Assembly: GCA_937625935.1 (NCBI GenBank)
Contig: OW569392.1
Location: 186,001 to 250,000, forward strand
Origin: Tetramitus jugosus
Lineage: Eukaryota; Protista; Heterolobosea
Length of the DNA stretch: 64,000 nucleotides
Direction of reading: 5' to 3'
In this document: positions 33,701 to 46,230 of the stretch, piece after piece
How the letters are laid out: each line of letters starts with the position of its first letter
Numbering within the stretch: position 1 is the stretch's first letter
Program-made: the position numbers and the translations under genes
The notes under the pieces: model-generated
What the model was told of the DNA's origin: nothing
Database searches by the model: none
Seen by the model: the letters and a program-made list of their open reading frames with translations, nothing else

Positions 33701-36700
33701 GAGTCGAGGGAACTGTTAATATTCAAGTTACCTAGATTTCCAATGAAATAATCGTGTGATTTGTGACTGCTCGGCAGAACGATAATTGGAGATATCATCT
33801 CAACATTGATCTGAACACGTTTGTTCATCATTGCACGTCTTACGAGAGTGTTGTCATTGCTACTGTAATTATGAATGTGTGCCTTACTCCTTGTTTGTTT
33901 CCGAGAATATTCACGCGAAAGAGCTTGATTCAGAGGACCCTTGATATATACTTGCCACTGCTGCACATAGAACTGGATATGTACATAGCGAACAGCTTGC
34001 ATCTTGGCAGATAAGCTGCTCCGATAATTGAATTCATTGTCCTGTGGATTGTGATGCGACGCAAAAGAGTGTCTGAATTCAAAGTCGATCAATGATTCAC
34101 CTTGTGTGCTTGTTACGCCCAAAATGTTACGATACAGTGTATCAGGTGTGATATAGTCTTGCACGATCAAATTTCCTAAATTTCCAGATAATACGAGATC
34201 ATATCTATTCAATTCGAACGACACAGCTGAACGAGACATGCACAAGCTTGTAAACTCCCTGTTGTTGTTGATCACAATAACATTAATGTCATTTGTTTTC
34301 ACCATTAATTTGAATAAACTCTTCTGGTCGAGTGGATTGTTGATAAGATCTAATGAGCCACCTGTCTCGCTGGCCTCAGGTGATGTACTTGTTTCGTTTG
34401 AAACAACTTCCGTATCCACAGATTCTGTCGTAGAAAATTCATCAGAAGCAGTACTATTAGCAATAGAGTCATCTTGTCCCAGAGTTTTTCTAATCTGTTT
34501 GCTAATCTCTTTGATAGCGACTGTTGATTTGGATTCTGTGGATGGAGCTTTGGCCGAGAAGACCAAAATTCGGTCATCCACAGCTTTGTCGAAAATATCT
34601 TGCAAGTCATACCCAAACTGAATAAATTCAATCAGGATGGATGGCTGAACGTGCACCGTGACCTTTTGGAACGTCGAGTTCAACACAACAATAGCATCCG
34701 GAGTATAGAACTCAGAATCCTTTCGTGCATAGATTACACTAATGTCTACCAATGAGGAGTTATCTTCAACCTCAGATTGTAAAATGTACTTATTGGCAGA
34801 GGTTTCTTCATAGTGCTGTTGTATCAGATTTTCAATCGTCAATGCATTTAGTTTCATCATTAGCACCGTATCATAGGATCTGTGCTTAAAATCAGACGAC
34901 AGTTGATTGAAAAGAACACTACAAATCGTGCGGTTCCTCTCCTGCTTTGTTTCTCTCTGGAAGTGCACCTTCACATTGTCTAGTGTAAAATCAACATCCA
35001 GAAGCACTTGATTGTTTTCTCGATTGGCAATCAAATTCATGCCCTGTCGAATTTCGTTTCTTGCATCTTTGATTAGGCTCTTGGCAATGTTACCCATGAG
35101 AAAATTCTCATTGAAACTCGTAATGAAATACTTGAGCGAAGATACCCAATGATGAAGTTCTTCACTGTCCTTGCACTCAAAGTACAGCTTCACTACTGGT
35201 TTGCCAGCACTTTGAGGTAACACAATACGGAAAGTGTTGTCGCGAGTCCTAGATGCACCAATCTCCGCATGACTATTCAAGTTAACAATTGCCAATTGAT
35301 TATTGAGCTCTTGAGTATTGATCTGAGTTATTTCGTTACTCAGAGCTTCTGAGTCGTAGAGAATGAGCTTGTTTGAGTTTGTTACTTCGATCCAACAGCT
35401 CATCCAAGAGTCATTGGTCATTGGTCCATTGACTCTCAGTAATCCGCGTATCTTTATGTTGGATCCAGAAGAGCCACTCGGGTTCTGCGCAAATGAAACC
35501 CATTGACTCACAATATCTGTGCAGACACTAACTTTGGCTGCAGAGACATTTAATGTAATGGAGGGAACTTCACCCTTGATTGTTAATCGAGGCAAGTTCA
35601 CCTCATCAGGAGCAATAGACTTTGCAACCTGAAGATCCAGTGTCACCTTTTCTACCAAATGAATGCCATTCATAAAGGTGGTATCGATGCTAGCCAAGGC
35701 ATCTCTCCTCCGTAGAGCTTGGTCTTGGATTTTCAAACGCTGTGCCAATTCATTTCTGAGCAAAGTACTCTGGTATTGCTTATATTGACTCAAAAAGGGA
35801 AGAGCTTCCTGGTCTGGTATCAATATTTGAATGTCTTGCATTAGGAAGTGAAATCGATCGTACTGGTCGGTGGTTAGCATCGATGATTCCTCTTGTTCTT
35901 GAAGGATATCGCTATTCCAATTGAATTGACCAAAATCCATAAACACAAATTTTGTTTTGTCGCTGGTACAATCAACAGGCATGAGCAAAGTAGGTGCCTG
36001 TACTCGCAAATTGATATCAATTGCCTTTCTATTGTCCAGAATGTTTTTAAGTTCCTTTTTGGCATAGGACTTGGCCTTCTCTAGCTGTACTTTGGCCACT
36101 GATTCCAAATGATTGAAATTGACGTGATCAAACATGAAGAAATTCACTAGTCTCTGTATCAATTTGATATTTAGAACGAGATCGATACGATCGAGTGACA
36201 TGTCTAACCGATAGTTAGACCTGTTGCTCGTCGGTGTTTTCTCCAAGAAGAATGAAGCCAAATATTTTTGAGCGCGCGTAGGATCATCCGATACTCTGCG
36301 ACTCAGTATATCAGGGAACAACGAATTCGTAGTGTACTCATCTCGCACTCTCAAATCTGCCATTTTCACCAAACACTTAAATCGACCTTCCAACAACTCA
36401 ATATCGACACTTAGATCGCTCATCGTCGACCGGAGAATGGCTGTTCTTGTCCTTGATTGCTCAATCACGAATTGAGACTGTGAAATTTGCAAACGAATCT
36501 TCATTTTGACATAGTCTGCATTGCCTTTGATTGTATCGGATATGGAGGACGATAATTCTTCATCATATCCCACTGATTGATACAGTTCTTGTCTCTCTTC
36601 ATCCGATAGTCGAATAATGGGCGCAGGCGTCAATAAACTACTCGTGCTGCTACTGCTTCCAGTAGCACCACTACTACTAGCTTTCAATCGATCGAACCAT

Positions 36701-38355
36701 GATGTCGATGGAGAGGATGAAGCCATAAAAGAAGAGGAACGTCCACTGTTCCTCCTCTCAATCTTCTTCTGTTGTTCTAGTTGTGTTTCCTTCCATTGCG
36801 TGTGCTGCTTTGCTTCTTCTTCCATCTCCGCATATGCCAATCGCCTAAAATAAAGGATATCTTTGACGTCGTGCTTCATTTCCAACCGTTCCATTTCCTG
36901 TGTTTCCTCTGGTGTGATCTTAGCGAGCCACGGCACACAACAATTCTTCTTGTACAATTCAATATACAATATTCGGTCACTATTCTTCTTGTCTTCTCTT
37001 CTCTGAACATACTTGCTTGATTTTTGTTTCAGATCATAGAGCACAGAACGATACGCATACTGCCACCACTGTTTCGCTGTTTGATGATTCAATTGTCGAA
37101 TGTGCATCTCATTTTCTCTCATGCTCTCTCTCAGCAACCGTTCATCCTCTGTCTCTTGTTTCCCTTGTTGTTGTTGTTGTTGTGATTCTGCTGCAGTTTG
37201 ATCCAAACGAGCATCATTAGGAATCGCAATAAACGACAGAGCATTCATCGGTCTAAATGGACGATACCGTGCCATACGTATCGGATAATTCGTAAAGTAC
37301 TCCACCAACGAGAACCAATTCTTGTACTGCTTATCATTCAAATGAAACGACAAATCAGGGAATAAAAATTCGGCATCAAACTGCGGTTTACTCAAATCCA
37401 TGTTTCTCGCCAATTTTTGCATTGTTAATCTCAATGTTCCATTCATTGGTTTCAATAAATATTGTTCTTGTTGTTGTTGTTTTTGTTGTTGTTGCGATGA
37501 CTGTGACTGTGACTGTGATGACTGTGATGATGATGATGATGGTGACTTTGACTGTGGTTGAGAAAATTGTTGTTGAGTCATGGTTAACCATTGTTTCATG
37601 CGTTGTGCTGCATGAATGCGATGATTGACTCGACTGATAAAATCCGATTTGGGATACACGTTCGTACAATTCATGTAAAATGAAAATTGTCGCATCTCAA
37701 ACAATTTAAACGTCAAATCACCCACTTCTCTCATGAATGCCCTCTTCCAATCCACATCTGTCGACTCTATACTCATACTATCCAATGTAATACCCATGAC
37801 TAGCGGACAATTATTTCCACAAGTGTTTTCATCTTCGTATCGAATGTGAATATTCTTGATGGTGACTTGAATGTTATTAATGATGGTTTCAATAAGCTTA
37901 TCCATGAATCCACCCTTGTTATTATTTGCATTATTATTAGTTGTTGTTGTTGATTGATTGGGTAATATAGTTTGTTGTTGTTGTTGTTGAAGAAGATGAT
38001 GATCGGACAAGACTTTTTTTTTGCGATCCATTTCTCGTATTTTTTCATCTTGAGCATTGTAGGGCGTATCACGTTTGGGTACGAGCACCATGTACACTTG
38101 ATCAATTTCACATGTGACTGGACTGCTGCGTAAACTGGTCCATGGAACGTTGATTTTGCATGATTTGAGATAGGATTGGGAGATGAAGAGTGGAAAATCG
38201 GGGTGAATATTGTCGAATGCGTGTTGTTTGAGTGAAATGTCGTTGAGTGAGACTGTGCCTTTGAGAAGACCAACATTCAATCGATTTCGATCAAAATTTT
38301 CAACATATTGTTCCAAGTGAGGGATCAATAGGTTGGATAGAATGGATTCTAGCAT
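27710..38355 (-). CDS. VPS13: VPS13 bridge-like lipid transfer protein with an internal PH domain; exons 38355-28764 and 28656-27710
   Basis: Chorein-N (MLESILSNLL..YVENF..VPW..IKNIHIRYED), WEPIIE, VAB repeats (YWILNHT, TKMVTFTPKFVLVN), ATG_C region (GLAKG..GVGKGIIGVPVKP..TEGIRN). 107-nt intron 28657-28763 with GTCTGT donor joins PIGLFN|DIDSG. Confidence 0.95.
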
Positions 38356-38615
38356 TATGCTGATTGGTGATGTTATTTGTTTGTTATTTTTTGTCGCTTG
38401 TTGTCTGATGTTGTTGAATTTTTTGTATTTGTGATCGTTTTTTTTGTGATGTTTTTGTTGTTGTTTGATTTTGGATTTTGAGATTCCCCGATTTTATGTG
38501 ATGCTTGTTCGGTGTTTGAAGTATGAATACAATGTTTCAGCAATTGAGATTTGATCTTGAAGGTGGGAGAGAATGGAGTTGGGTGATGGAGTGGAGGAAT
38601 GAGTTGGACGGTTCT

Positions 38616-39917
38616 TCAAATGCTGGAAGCAATGAGCAATTGGGCAATAAAGTACAATGGGAGACCGAAAGCCCTGTTCAGAAATGAATCTACAATAAAC
38701 TTTTGTCTTGCTACAAACATGTCACTGCTATAGAACAAGACACTGCCAATCACTCGATAGATGAATGAATAATTGATTTTCATCGTCAATGAAGTTCTGT
38801 TCTTCTCTCCTTGATCGTCTTCGTCTTCCGAGCTGTCAGTTGCCTGAGCGTCCGCGACTTGAGGTTCTTTATTGGATGAAGATTTGGCCCATTCAACCTC
38901 GGATTGTTGGTCTCTTTGGTCAGACTCTTGCTTTCTCGAATCTTCCTTCTTAATAATGACGAGTAAGTGATGATAAACTGATTCACCTGCAGGTGAGAGA
39001 GCTACCATGATACTGATCATGACACCATAGATCCAAACAAATTGACTCATCACTCTTTGAAGTACCATTGTAGCAGCGGACTCTATCATCATGTACTTTG
39101 ACTTTCTCTGTTGTGTTGACAATTGTTCATCGGCTTCCATCGAATTTCGATGGTTCATGTAATACAAAATTCCTCGAATAATGACAAAATAAGTGCAAAA
39201 TGAGATGAATAGAGTCATCACAAGCAACCAATTCCAATTCCATGGAGTAACTGCAATTGTAATCATTCTTCTCACGTGGCCACGTGAGTTCCACTTTGAT
39301 ATCAATCGACGAGTCATTCTCTCCTTCTTCTCATTCTTTTCTTTATCATTCTCCCCTTGGTTCTGTTTGGTTGATTTATTCTTCAAGGATGAGTTGATAC
39401 TCAATCTCCTCTGATGATATTTTTGTAAACCGTTGCCCATCGTGAAATTGTAAACGAGTTTAATCACGTAGGCCATCATGTAGCTCAAATGAGCAAACGA
39501 AAAGAAGATTCCTCCCACCAGAAAGAACAAGTCATGGACTTCACTGCACACGAGAAAGACATCCCCGATCAAACTAAAGAACAATCCCACGACAATTGTA
39601 ATCTGGTGAATATTTGAGGGAGAAGTTGTCGATGTCTTTGTTGGCTTTTCTTTGATTTCGGTACGATGATGACTGACACTCTGATTCACACTGTTGGGAT
39701 GATAGAATCGATGAATAGCAAGAGCAACGAAACAAGCAGCAGATATCGATTTGAATACACCATAGATCATCAAGTGATACTGATGAAAATCAATGTAGAG
39801 AGCAATGATGCATGAGACCATGCACGTAATGATTAGTTTGTGCTCTCTGTGAATACTCCTCTTTTTGTTGGACTGTTGTTCGAACTTTACACTATTTGAC
39901 CTGTTGTCAGTGGGCAT
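38616..39917 (-). CDS. YhhN/TMEM86 family lysoplasmalogenase-like membrane protein
   Basis: Multiple TM segments; motifs GLFFSLIGDVFL, FFSFAHLSY, GSVLFYSSD, LYFIAQLLIA; hydrophilic insertions in loops. Confidence 0.82.
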   Translation of the reverse strand: MPTDNRSNSVKFEQQSNKKRSIHREHKLIITCMVSCIIALYIDFHQYHLMIYGVFKSISAACFVALAIHRFYHPNSVNQSVSHHRTEIKEKPTKTSTTSPSNIHQITIVVGLFFSLIGDVFLVCSEVHDLFFLVGGIFFSFAHLSYMMAYVIKLVYNFTMGNGLQKYHQRRLSINSSLKNKSTKQNQGENDKEKNEKKERMTRRLISKWNSRGHVRRMITIAVTPWNWNWLLVMTLFISFCTYFVIIRGILYYMNHRNSMEADEQLSTQQRKSKYMMIESAATMVLQRVMSQFVWIYGVMISIMVALSPAGESVYHHLLVIIKKEDSRKQESDQRDQQSEVEWAKSSSNKEPQVADAQATDSSEDEDDQGEKNRTSLTMKINYSFIYRVIGSVLFYSSDMFVARQKFIVDSFLNRAFGLPLYFIAQLLIASSI

Positions 39918-40543
39918 GTATCTGGTGAGCTTGTGTGCAACCTGGAGAAGTGATAGTGTTGTTTGTTGTGTGAACCTGGTTTTGCAAAAAGACGTTGGAC
40001 CACACCAATTTTCTAGCCAGATCTGCGTCAACTAGACTCAAAGGCTCCAAAACCAATATAATACCCTGAAGAAATAGACCGTCACGTCATCCTTCAAAAA
40101 TACTTCGCGGAGAAAATGAGCGGGAAAATACCACTGTAGTGTGGAACTGTCACTCGATCAGAGTAACCCGAATAAAAATCAGTTTCCGCCTCCACATTTT
40201 CATTTTTCCGTTTGGCGTTGCAATGTTACAGTCAACTTTGCAGATGGAGACACGAAACGGTGGACAAATTGTTGGTCATTCGTCAGCAAATAGCAGCAAT
40301 GAGTAATGAGCATTTTATCAAGGAAATTTTTATTGTATTGTCTTGGTCTAGGCCAGTCGAGGCCCCTTGGGAGGAGGAGAGGCGTCTGGTTCTTGGCTGT
40401 CCAGACTTGAATCAAATGACCTCTTGCCCATTTCTTAAGTTTAGATGGCGAGGGTACCTGGCCTCGTTCATTGTTCTTTGTCGCTGATTACTTCAGAGAT
40501 GATAGTAACGGAACAATGAAGGACAATCTACAATACCGTCCAA

Positions 40544-40778
40544 CTATTCGAGCTGCTCCTGCATTTCAATGGCACAACGAATAGCTTTGTCTTCATGATT
40601 CTCTACATGTAGAGGTGCATTGAACAGGGCCACTGCAGTTATGAAATTTCATGAATCTGTACTTGTCCACTACACCCTCATGCTTTGAAACAATCTCACT
40701 CATCATGGTGAAAAATAGCTTCATCAGTTGCACGAGGGAATCCGCGTCACAGTTTCGAAACATTAATATAGTTAACAA
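40544..40778 (-). pseudogene. Relic of a class III adenylate/guanylate cyclase catalytic domain
   Basis: LVQLMKLFFTMMSEIVSKHEGVVDKY, then a frameshift where IGD is expected, then HEDKAIRCAIEMQEQLE* in another frame. Confidence 0.7.
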
Positions 40779-40819
40779 ACATAGTTGGAGTTACTTGCAG
40801 CAGAGCAAATATTAGTGCT

Positions 40820-42915
40820 TTGAAGGATCTTCAATCGAAGACAACACCGTTTCAACTCGGAGAAGGAACCCAGGTGAAATTACCAGCAATGATTTGTGTG
40901 TGTCACTTGTGCAAAAGTGACAAATGCAATATGAAGGTCAAACAAATTCTAGTTCCAGTGAAGGAGTACAGTATCGTGGCAAACTACGTATTGAAGCCGA
41001 GAACAGTTCTCCGGTGTAGACAAGAGGCAATCAACAATCTGTTGCTGACTATAAATTATTCTAGTTCCTTTCAATTGCAGTGCAAAAGTGGTAACTCTGT
41101 CTTGTACCTTGTATTCATTCAGACGATCATATGGTCCACCATTTTGATGAGAGAGTAGAAGGTGGACACAGAGAAGTGGGTGATAACGCAGTTCAGATTG
41201 GTATCCTCACTCCTGCAAATACATTTGATCAGCTGGAGATATCTTGTGACCGTGAAGTCTCTATTACTGTTATTGCATATACAACGCATATTGTTGGTCA
41301 GGACACCATTATTTACATACCAGAATTCTGAGGCAGTGAGGAAGGTATTGCAGCCTTCTGATGTATTTACAACAGATAAGAAAAGCGAGTCTAACATGGC
41401 TGCTGTATGTAGTGATGATTATCTGAAAGTATTGCAGGAAGAGTTTCCTCAATTCACTGGTTTAATTCCGCTGGTTAGTCTGATGAACAATACATACCAC
41501 AAGTGTGTACAGAAGTATGCATTTTCTGATTACAATAAGTGTTTGAGTGCAAACACAGCAGATCTATCTCACAGTAAAAGGATATATATAATTCTGGATT
41601 GCAGCAAATACAATTTCCCAAAGGAGATTTTGGAATCATACACGCTCAATGCAGAGTCTGTTCAATCACTGGTGAAATTGCTGGAACATTTTGGTATTAC
41701 TACTTTCAATCTGCATCTATCTATGACAAATATCCTGAGAGGGATTGTTCGGTGAATTCAGAGCAGTGTTTCGAGGATTCACAGTACTTGCTTTTCTGAT
41801 GATGTTATCCAAAGTGAACCAGCAGTGATTATTGAAGTATCATCCAGATCATTTACATCGAGCTAGCATTGGAACAGACGCGTATTACAGCGACACGAAC
41901 ACTCAGACCCAGAGCACAAACACTGCAATAGTTGCAAGTAGTAAGAACAGAAGCAAGCGGAAGCAGGCTGAATACAATGATCAGCAGTACAGCCGAGCCA
42001 AGTTAATTGATGAACAACAACTCAAAATTGGATCAAAGTAGAGTAGAGACTACATGATTGGGTCATTCGCTCAAGAAGCAGTGGCTTTCATGCAGCTGAG
42101 AAGTATGAGTGTTGTGGTGGATGATGTTATGATTAAGGCAACCAAGCGTGTTGAAGCTGCACCAGCCACATCAGAGCATTCTGGAGAATGTCCTTTGGAG
42201 TGAAATACACTGAGTTGTGGAAGCGACCAGACAAGAAGCAGCTCCATGAGCTACAGCATGTGGCTGAGGATTTGTCTACTGTGATTTTGAGTGGAAAGGC
42301 TGGCAATTTCCAGAATACATCTGTTTGCTTCAACCACCCTAGATCTGGTATTGTATTCAACAGTCTTGTCAGACAAGGCAGTGCTGGCAAAGTGGACATT
42401 CATGGAATCACGAAGCAGCAATTGAGATCGGCACCAACACCCATTCATGTTTGTTCTGAGATCCAGCACTTCTTCAATGGTCAACGCAGATAAGATGCAC
42501 TGGCAGCATATTTTGGTAGATCAGATGATTATCAATCATTGGTCAAACTATTTGCTGGTGTTGACTTGCCATTTATGAAGGATCTATTATTCACAGATCT
42601 GCAGTTTGTGGTGAAGCATATGACTCGGAAGGAACGTGTTGAACTAGACTCTTTGTCACTGCCGAGTTTCCTATTTTGGAAAGAATAAGTATGAGCAACA
42701 CCAAGCAGCAGTATATGGAGTAGTTGTGTCTGGTTGTGATAGGAATAATATTGATATATCCACCGTTGAGAAGCACTACGATCTGCTGGTATCAACACAG
42801 CCACATTCCACCCCCTATGAATAAACGTTTGAATAGATTTCTCAGACCCTATCTGGACGCTCCCGATGAGGCAGAGTTAGAGTCGGACTACGACGAAGAA
42901 GAGTCTGATGATTAA
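40820..42915 (+). pseudogene. Decayed unknown gene(s): chain of short protein-like ORFs broken by stops and frameshifts
   Basis: Co-directional fragments (41162-41755, 42188-42493, DALAAYFGRSDDYQSLVKLF near 42495, acidic end ...ESDYDEEESDD* at 42915); no recognisable family. Confidence 0.45.
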
Positions 42916-42994
42916 ATTGATAAAGAAGAGTGTTCGAGTCAATCCTGATCCATATCCAGAAGATTGGCCCGAACCTGGTTTATTTTGTTAAAGT

Positions 42995-44212
42995 TTAATT
43001 CCATCCATCAACCTTCATTGTTCCCTTATCCATCAAGTTGCAGTGCATCTTAAAAGCATGCTTCAACATGTGTGGTTCGTGACCCATCTTCTTCTCAAGG
43101 CAAATCTTGGTTGACATATCCAAGTATTCCTTCAAGAGTGGCTTGTACTCTGGATGAGCGCACTTTTCAATGATAACCTTTGCTCTGTCCTTTGGTGACA
43201 AACCTCTGACATCAGCCAATCCTTGTTCTGTGACAAATACGTCCAGGTCGTGCTCCGTGTGATCAACGTGAGAGCAGAATGGCACAATACTGCTAATACC
43301 ATGAGGATCAACCTTGGTTGGTCGAGTGGAAGGAGCATGCACGATTGAAATCTTTGCATTTCTCAAAAAGTCTCCAGATCCCCCTAGACCGTTGAGCATG
43401 CGAGAACCGTTGACACATGTGGAGTTTGCGTGACCATAGATATCAAACTCAACAGGTGTATTCATGGCAATGCATCCAAGTCTCCGAATGACTTCAGGGG
43501 CATTGGATACGAGCTGTGATCTCAAGATAATCTTTGGTGTGTACTTGTCCCAGTTGGCATAGAAGCGATCAAAGCCCTCTGGTGAGAAACAAATCGATGC
43601 AGCGGATGCCACTCTGAGCTTATTCTGGTCAAAAAAGTCCAAGAAGGTGTCTTGGAGGACCTCAGTGTACACGCTCAAGTCTTCGAATGGACCATTGGCC
43701 AATCCTCCAATAATGGCATTCGATACGTTGCCAATACCAGATTGCAATGGCAACAGATTCTTTGGCAATCGTCCGTGCTTGACCTCGGATTGCAAAAATT
43801 CGATAATGTGTGGTGCAATTGCTTCCGACTTTGGAGACACCAAATCCTGTGGAAACATGCTCAAATGTTCATCAGCAAATCGGATTCGACCACTGTTGAT
43901 CCCATCTCGAATACTTTTTCCGACTTGATAAGGGAACCTGCGATCAATCATGTCCAGTTTGGCCCATCTGTCCTCGCACTCTACACCGGCACTGGCACCG
44001 ACACACAAGTTGAATTTCATTTGACCTTGAAGGTTGTTGCGTTCCACGTGTTCTGCCAAAGCCAATGGAACCATCTTTGGATAGCCTACAGTGAAGCCAG
44101 ACCATCCTAACCATTGACCATTCTTGAATAGGGGAACGAGATCGTTGGCTGATGGAACGACCTTGGACAAGAGTTTGGTGTTTCTGATGCGTTTTGTTAA
44201 TTGACTGCTCAT
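42995..44212 (-). CDS. ACH1: Ach1-type acetyl-CoA hydrolase / succinate:acetate CoA-transferase with a large in-frame internal deletion (possible pseudogene)
   Basis: [79 protein letters not shown]. 405 aa versus about 525 aa typical. Confidence 0.88.
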   Translation of the reverse strand: MSSQLTKRIRNTKLLSKVVPSANDLVPLFKNGQWLGWSGFTVGYPKMVPLALAEHVERNNLQGQMKFNLCVGASAGVECEDRWAKLDMIDRRFPYQVGKSIRDGINSGRIRFADEHLSMFPQDLVSPKSEAIAPHIIEFLQSEVKHGRLPKNLLPLQSGIGNVSNAIIGGLANGPFEDLSVYTEVLQDTFLDFFDQNKLRVASAASICFSPEGFDRFYANWDKYTPKIILRSQLVSNAPEVIRRLGCIAMNTPVEFDIYGHANSTCVNGSRMLNGLGGSGDFLRNAKISIVHAPSTRPTKVDPHGISSIVPFCSHVDHTEHDLDVFVTEQGLADVRGLSPKDRAKVIIEKCAHPEYKPLLKEYLDMSTKICLEKKMGHEPHMLKHAFKMHCNLMDKGTMKVDGWN

Positions 44213-44296
44213 TGTTTTTTGGATAATGATCTTATCGTAAGTTGTTGTTTTGTTGTTGGTTGTTGTAAAAGCTTTTTGTAAGGATCACTTCACATT

Positions 44297-44304
44297 CCAC
44301 GTGA
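44297..44304 (-). promoter_or_regulatory. E-box TCACGTGG about 85-90 nt upstream of the ACH1 ATG
   Basis: The same octamer occurs in the same sense orientation at 48033-48040, about 105 nt upstream of the C-CAP ATG. Confidence 0.35.
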
Positions 44305-44344
44305 CTTCGATGAAACGTACCATAAGTGCACAAAGGACATTCGA

Positions 44345-44880
44345 CAGCTATCTGTTGTATCTGACACGGAAGAGTCGTTGGACGTTATGTCGAATGTCCT
44401 TTGTGATATCAGGTCTTGAATGATAATCGTAAAACCATCGTCGCTCTGTTCATACATCTTCTTTAACAGGGAGTTGACTCAAGGAATAACTGCATGATGG
44501 GAAGATCTTTTTGATCACTATTGATAATTCCATGTGTATCTCCCAGAACAGCATTCAATTTGGTGTATGATTCGATCTGCATCTCTTTTAGAGGTGTTGG
44601 TGCGAGAGAGAGAAGAGGTTGAAAATATGGGTTTTCTTGCCCAGCTCTATCAATCATTTGTTCCACTGTTTCACAAGTCTCTCTTCTCGAAACGCCCATG
44701 TAAGACAGTACAATCCCCTCCGTCTTCGACATGTAATTTAAGTAGTCAGCAAGGACGGACATTGGTAGAATCGATAGTGGGTTTTTATTCATAGTTGAAA
44801 CCATCATCCGCCACTACAGACTTCACTTCAAAGTAGGAGTACATCTCCTTGATCGATTCCATTCATTGCTCGTCAACTGG
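44345..44880 (-). pseudogene. Decayed unknown ORF (frameshifted fragments around ORF 44463-44807)
   Basis: Protein-like stretches in shifted frames: MESIKEMYSYFEVKSVV..., the 114-aa ORF, then KKMYEQSDDGFTIIIQDL.... Confidence 0.35.
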
Positions 44881-45153
44881 TCCTCAAACAAGTAGGCGTT
44901 GGAAAAGTTCTGAAACTATTCACTGATGTCAGTGGATTTCTCTCGGAATGACAAGTGTAGGTGGTTGACCACCAACTCCTGCTTCTGTTCCGCCACTACA
45001 CATGACAAACAAACAAATTCTTATTCAAAAGACGAGAAAATGAGGACGGAAGAGGACCACAATAAGAATTTGGGTTTGTTCTCAATCTGCGCTTGACAAA
45101 GACAAGATCAGAACTTGACTCAAGTCCAGCGGGAAAATAACAACAAAGACAAC

Positions 45154-46104
45154 ATGCGAACCAACAACGTTGTTGTCACAAAGCACAAGCAAAGAACAGA
45201 TGAAAGTGATGAATGGATAAGGACCAGTGAAATTTGTTCCCCACTATGCAGGGACACATGGTCAAAAATTGTCGAGTTTTGTGACACTCGAGAATGGTTT
45301 CAATTGAGTTACACTTGCAAGGGAATCAACAAGTTCAAATTCAATCAATGTCTCATGATTGACAAGGTGAGAACTTTGAAAAGAACTTTGAATGATAAAG
45401 AAATTGACCATTGGTTTCAATTGGGAAAAGGAATGTTGTTTAATGTTAACTTGAACGGTTGTCCTGCAGTAGTGGACGAACATTTCCAATATCTGGAAGG
45501 CATACACACTCTCAACATGGTTGATTGCGAGAATATCACAGATGATGCATTCTCTCATTTGATTGGTATTCACACGCTCAACATGAGAAACTGTCAGCAT
45601 ATCACAGACAATGCATTTACTCACTTGACTGGTATTCACACTCTAAGTATGAGTTTTTGTAAGAAGATTACAGATAGTGCATTCATTCATTTAGCTGGTA
45701 TTCACACTCTTGACATGAGTTGTTGCAAGAAAATCTCAGATAATGCATTTCCTCATCTTGCTGGTATTCATACACTCCTTATGACTCGTTGTGTGCAAAT
45801 CACAGACAGTGCTCTCGTTCATTTGACTGGTATTCACACACTAAATATGAGTGGTTGTACTCAAATCACAGATAAGGCCTTTGTTTGTTTGACAGGTATT
45901 CAAACACTTGAGATGAACGGATGTAACCAAGATTCTCTGACAGAGAAGGCATTGCTTCAGCTGGAGGGTGTTAGAAAACTCAGTTGGTTTGGCAGGCGTA
46001 ATGAATTCACGAGAGAGGTTATCGACTATACCAAGCCCAGTTCGATTCGAGTTGTGCAACCAATAACATACTACGCAGGTCAAAGGTTGAACAGATCCCA
46101 GTAA
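45154..46104 (+). CDS. F-box-like + cysteine-containing leucine-rich repeat protein
   Basis: F-box-like PLCRDTWSKIVEFCD...LSYTCK, followed by seven GIHTLxMxxCxxITDxAFxHLx repeats. Confidence 0.85.
   Translation: MRTNNVVVTKHKQRTDESDEWIRTSEICSPLCRDTWSKIVEFCDTREWFQLSYTCKGINKFKFNQCLMIDKVRTLKRTLNDKEIDHWFQLGKGMLFNVNLNGCPAVVDEHFQYLEGIHTLNMVDCENITDDAFSHLIGIHTLNMRNCQHITDNAFTHLTGIHTLSMSFCKKITDSAFIHLAGIHTLDMSCCKKISDNAFPHLAGIHTLLMTRCVQITDSALVHLTGIHTLNMSGCTQITDKAFVCLTGIQTLEMNGCNQDSLTEKALLQLEGVRKLSWFGRRNEFTREVIDYTKPSSIRVVQPITYYAGQRLNRSQ
45499..45960 (+). repeat. Coding tandem repeat, 66-bp period (22-aa LRR), 7 copies
   Basis: GGTATTCA recurs at 45565, 45631, 45697, 45763, 45829 and 45895; first copy GGCATACAC at 45499. 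Confidence 0.9.
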
Positions 46105-46230
46105 ATGTTGGACAAGTCGGTGATGTTAGACCGGAGGAGAATTTCGTATTTGGCCGAAAAAATCAATGAAAAAAACGCATAAAAATTAATCAACAAATAG
46201 TTGTTGTTGAATGGTGGTACGCGTAGTGAG

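Noticed and set aside
40820-42915. Alternative genetic code or transposase/viral origin for the broken ORFs
   Set aside because: All three stop types plus frameshifts occur, neighbouring genes use the standard code, and no DDE, RT or capsid motif was recognised.
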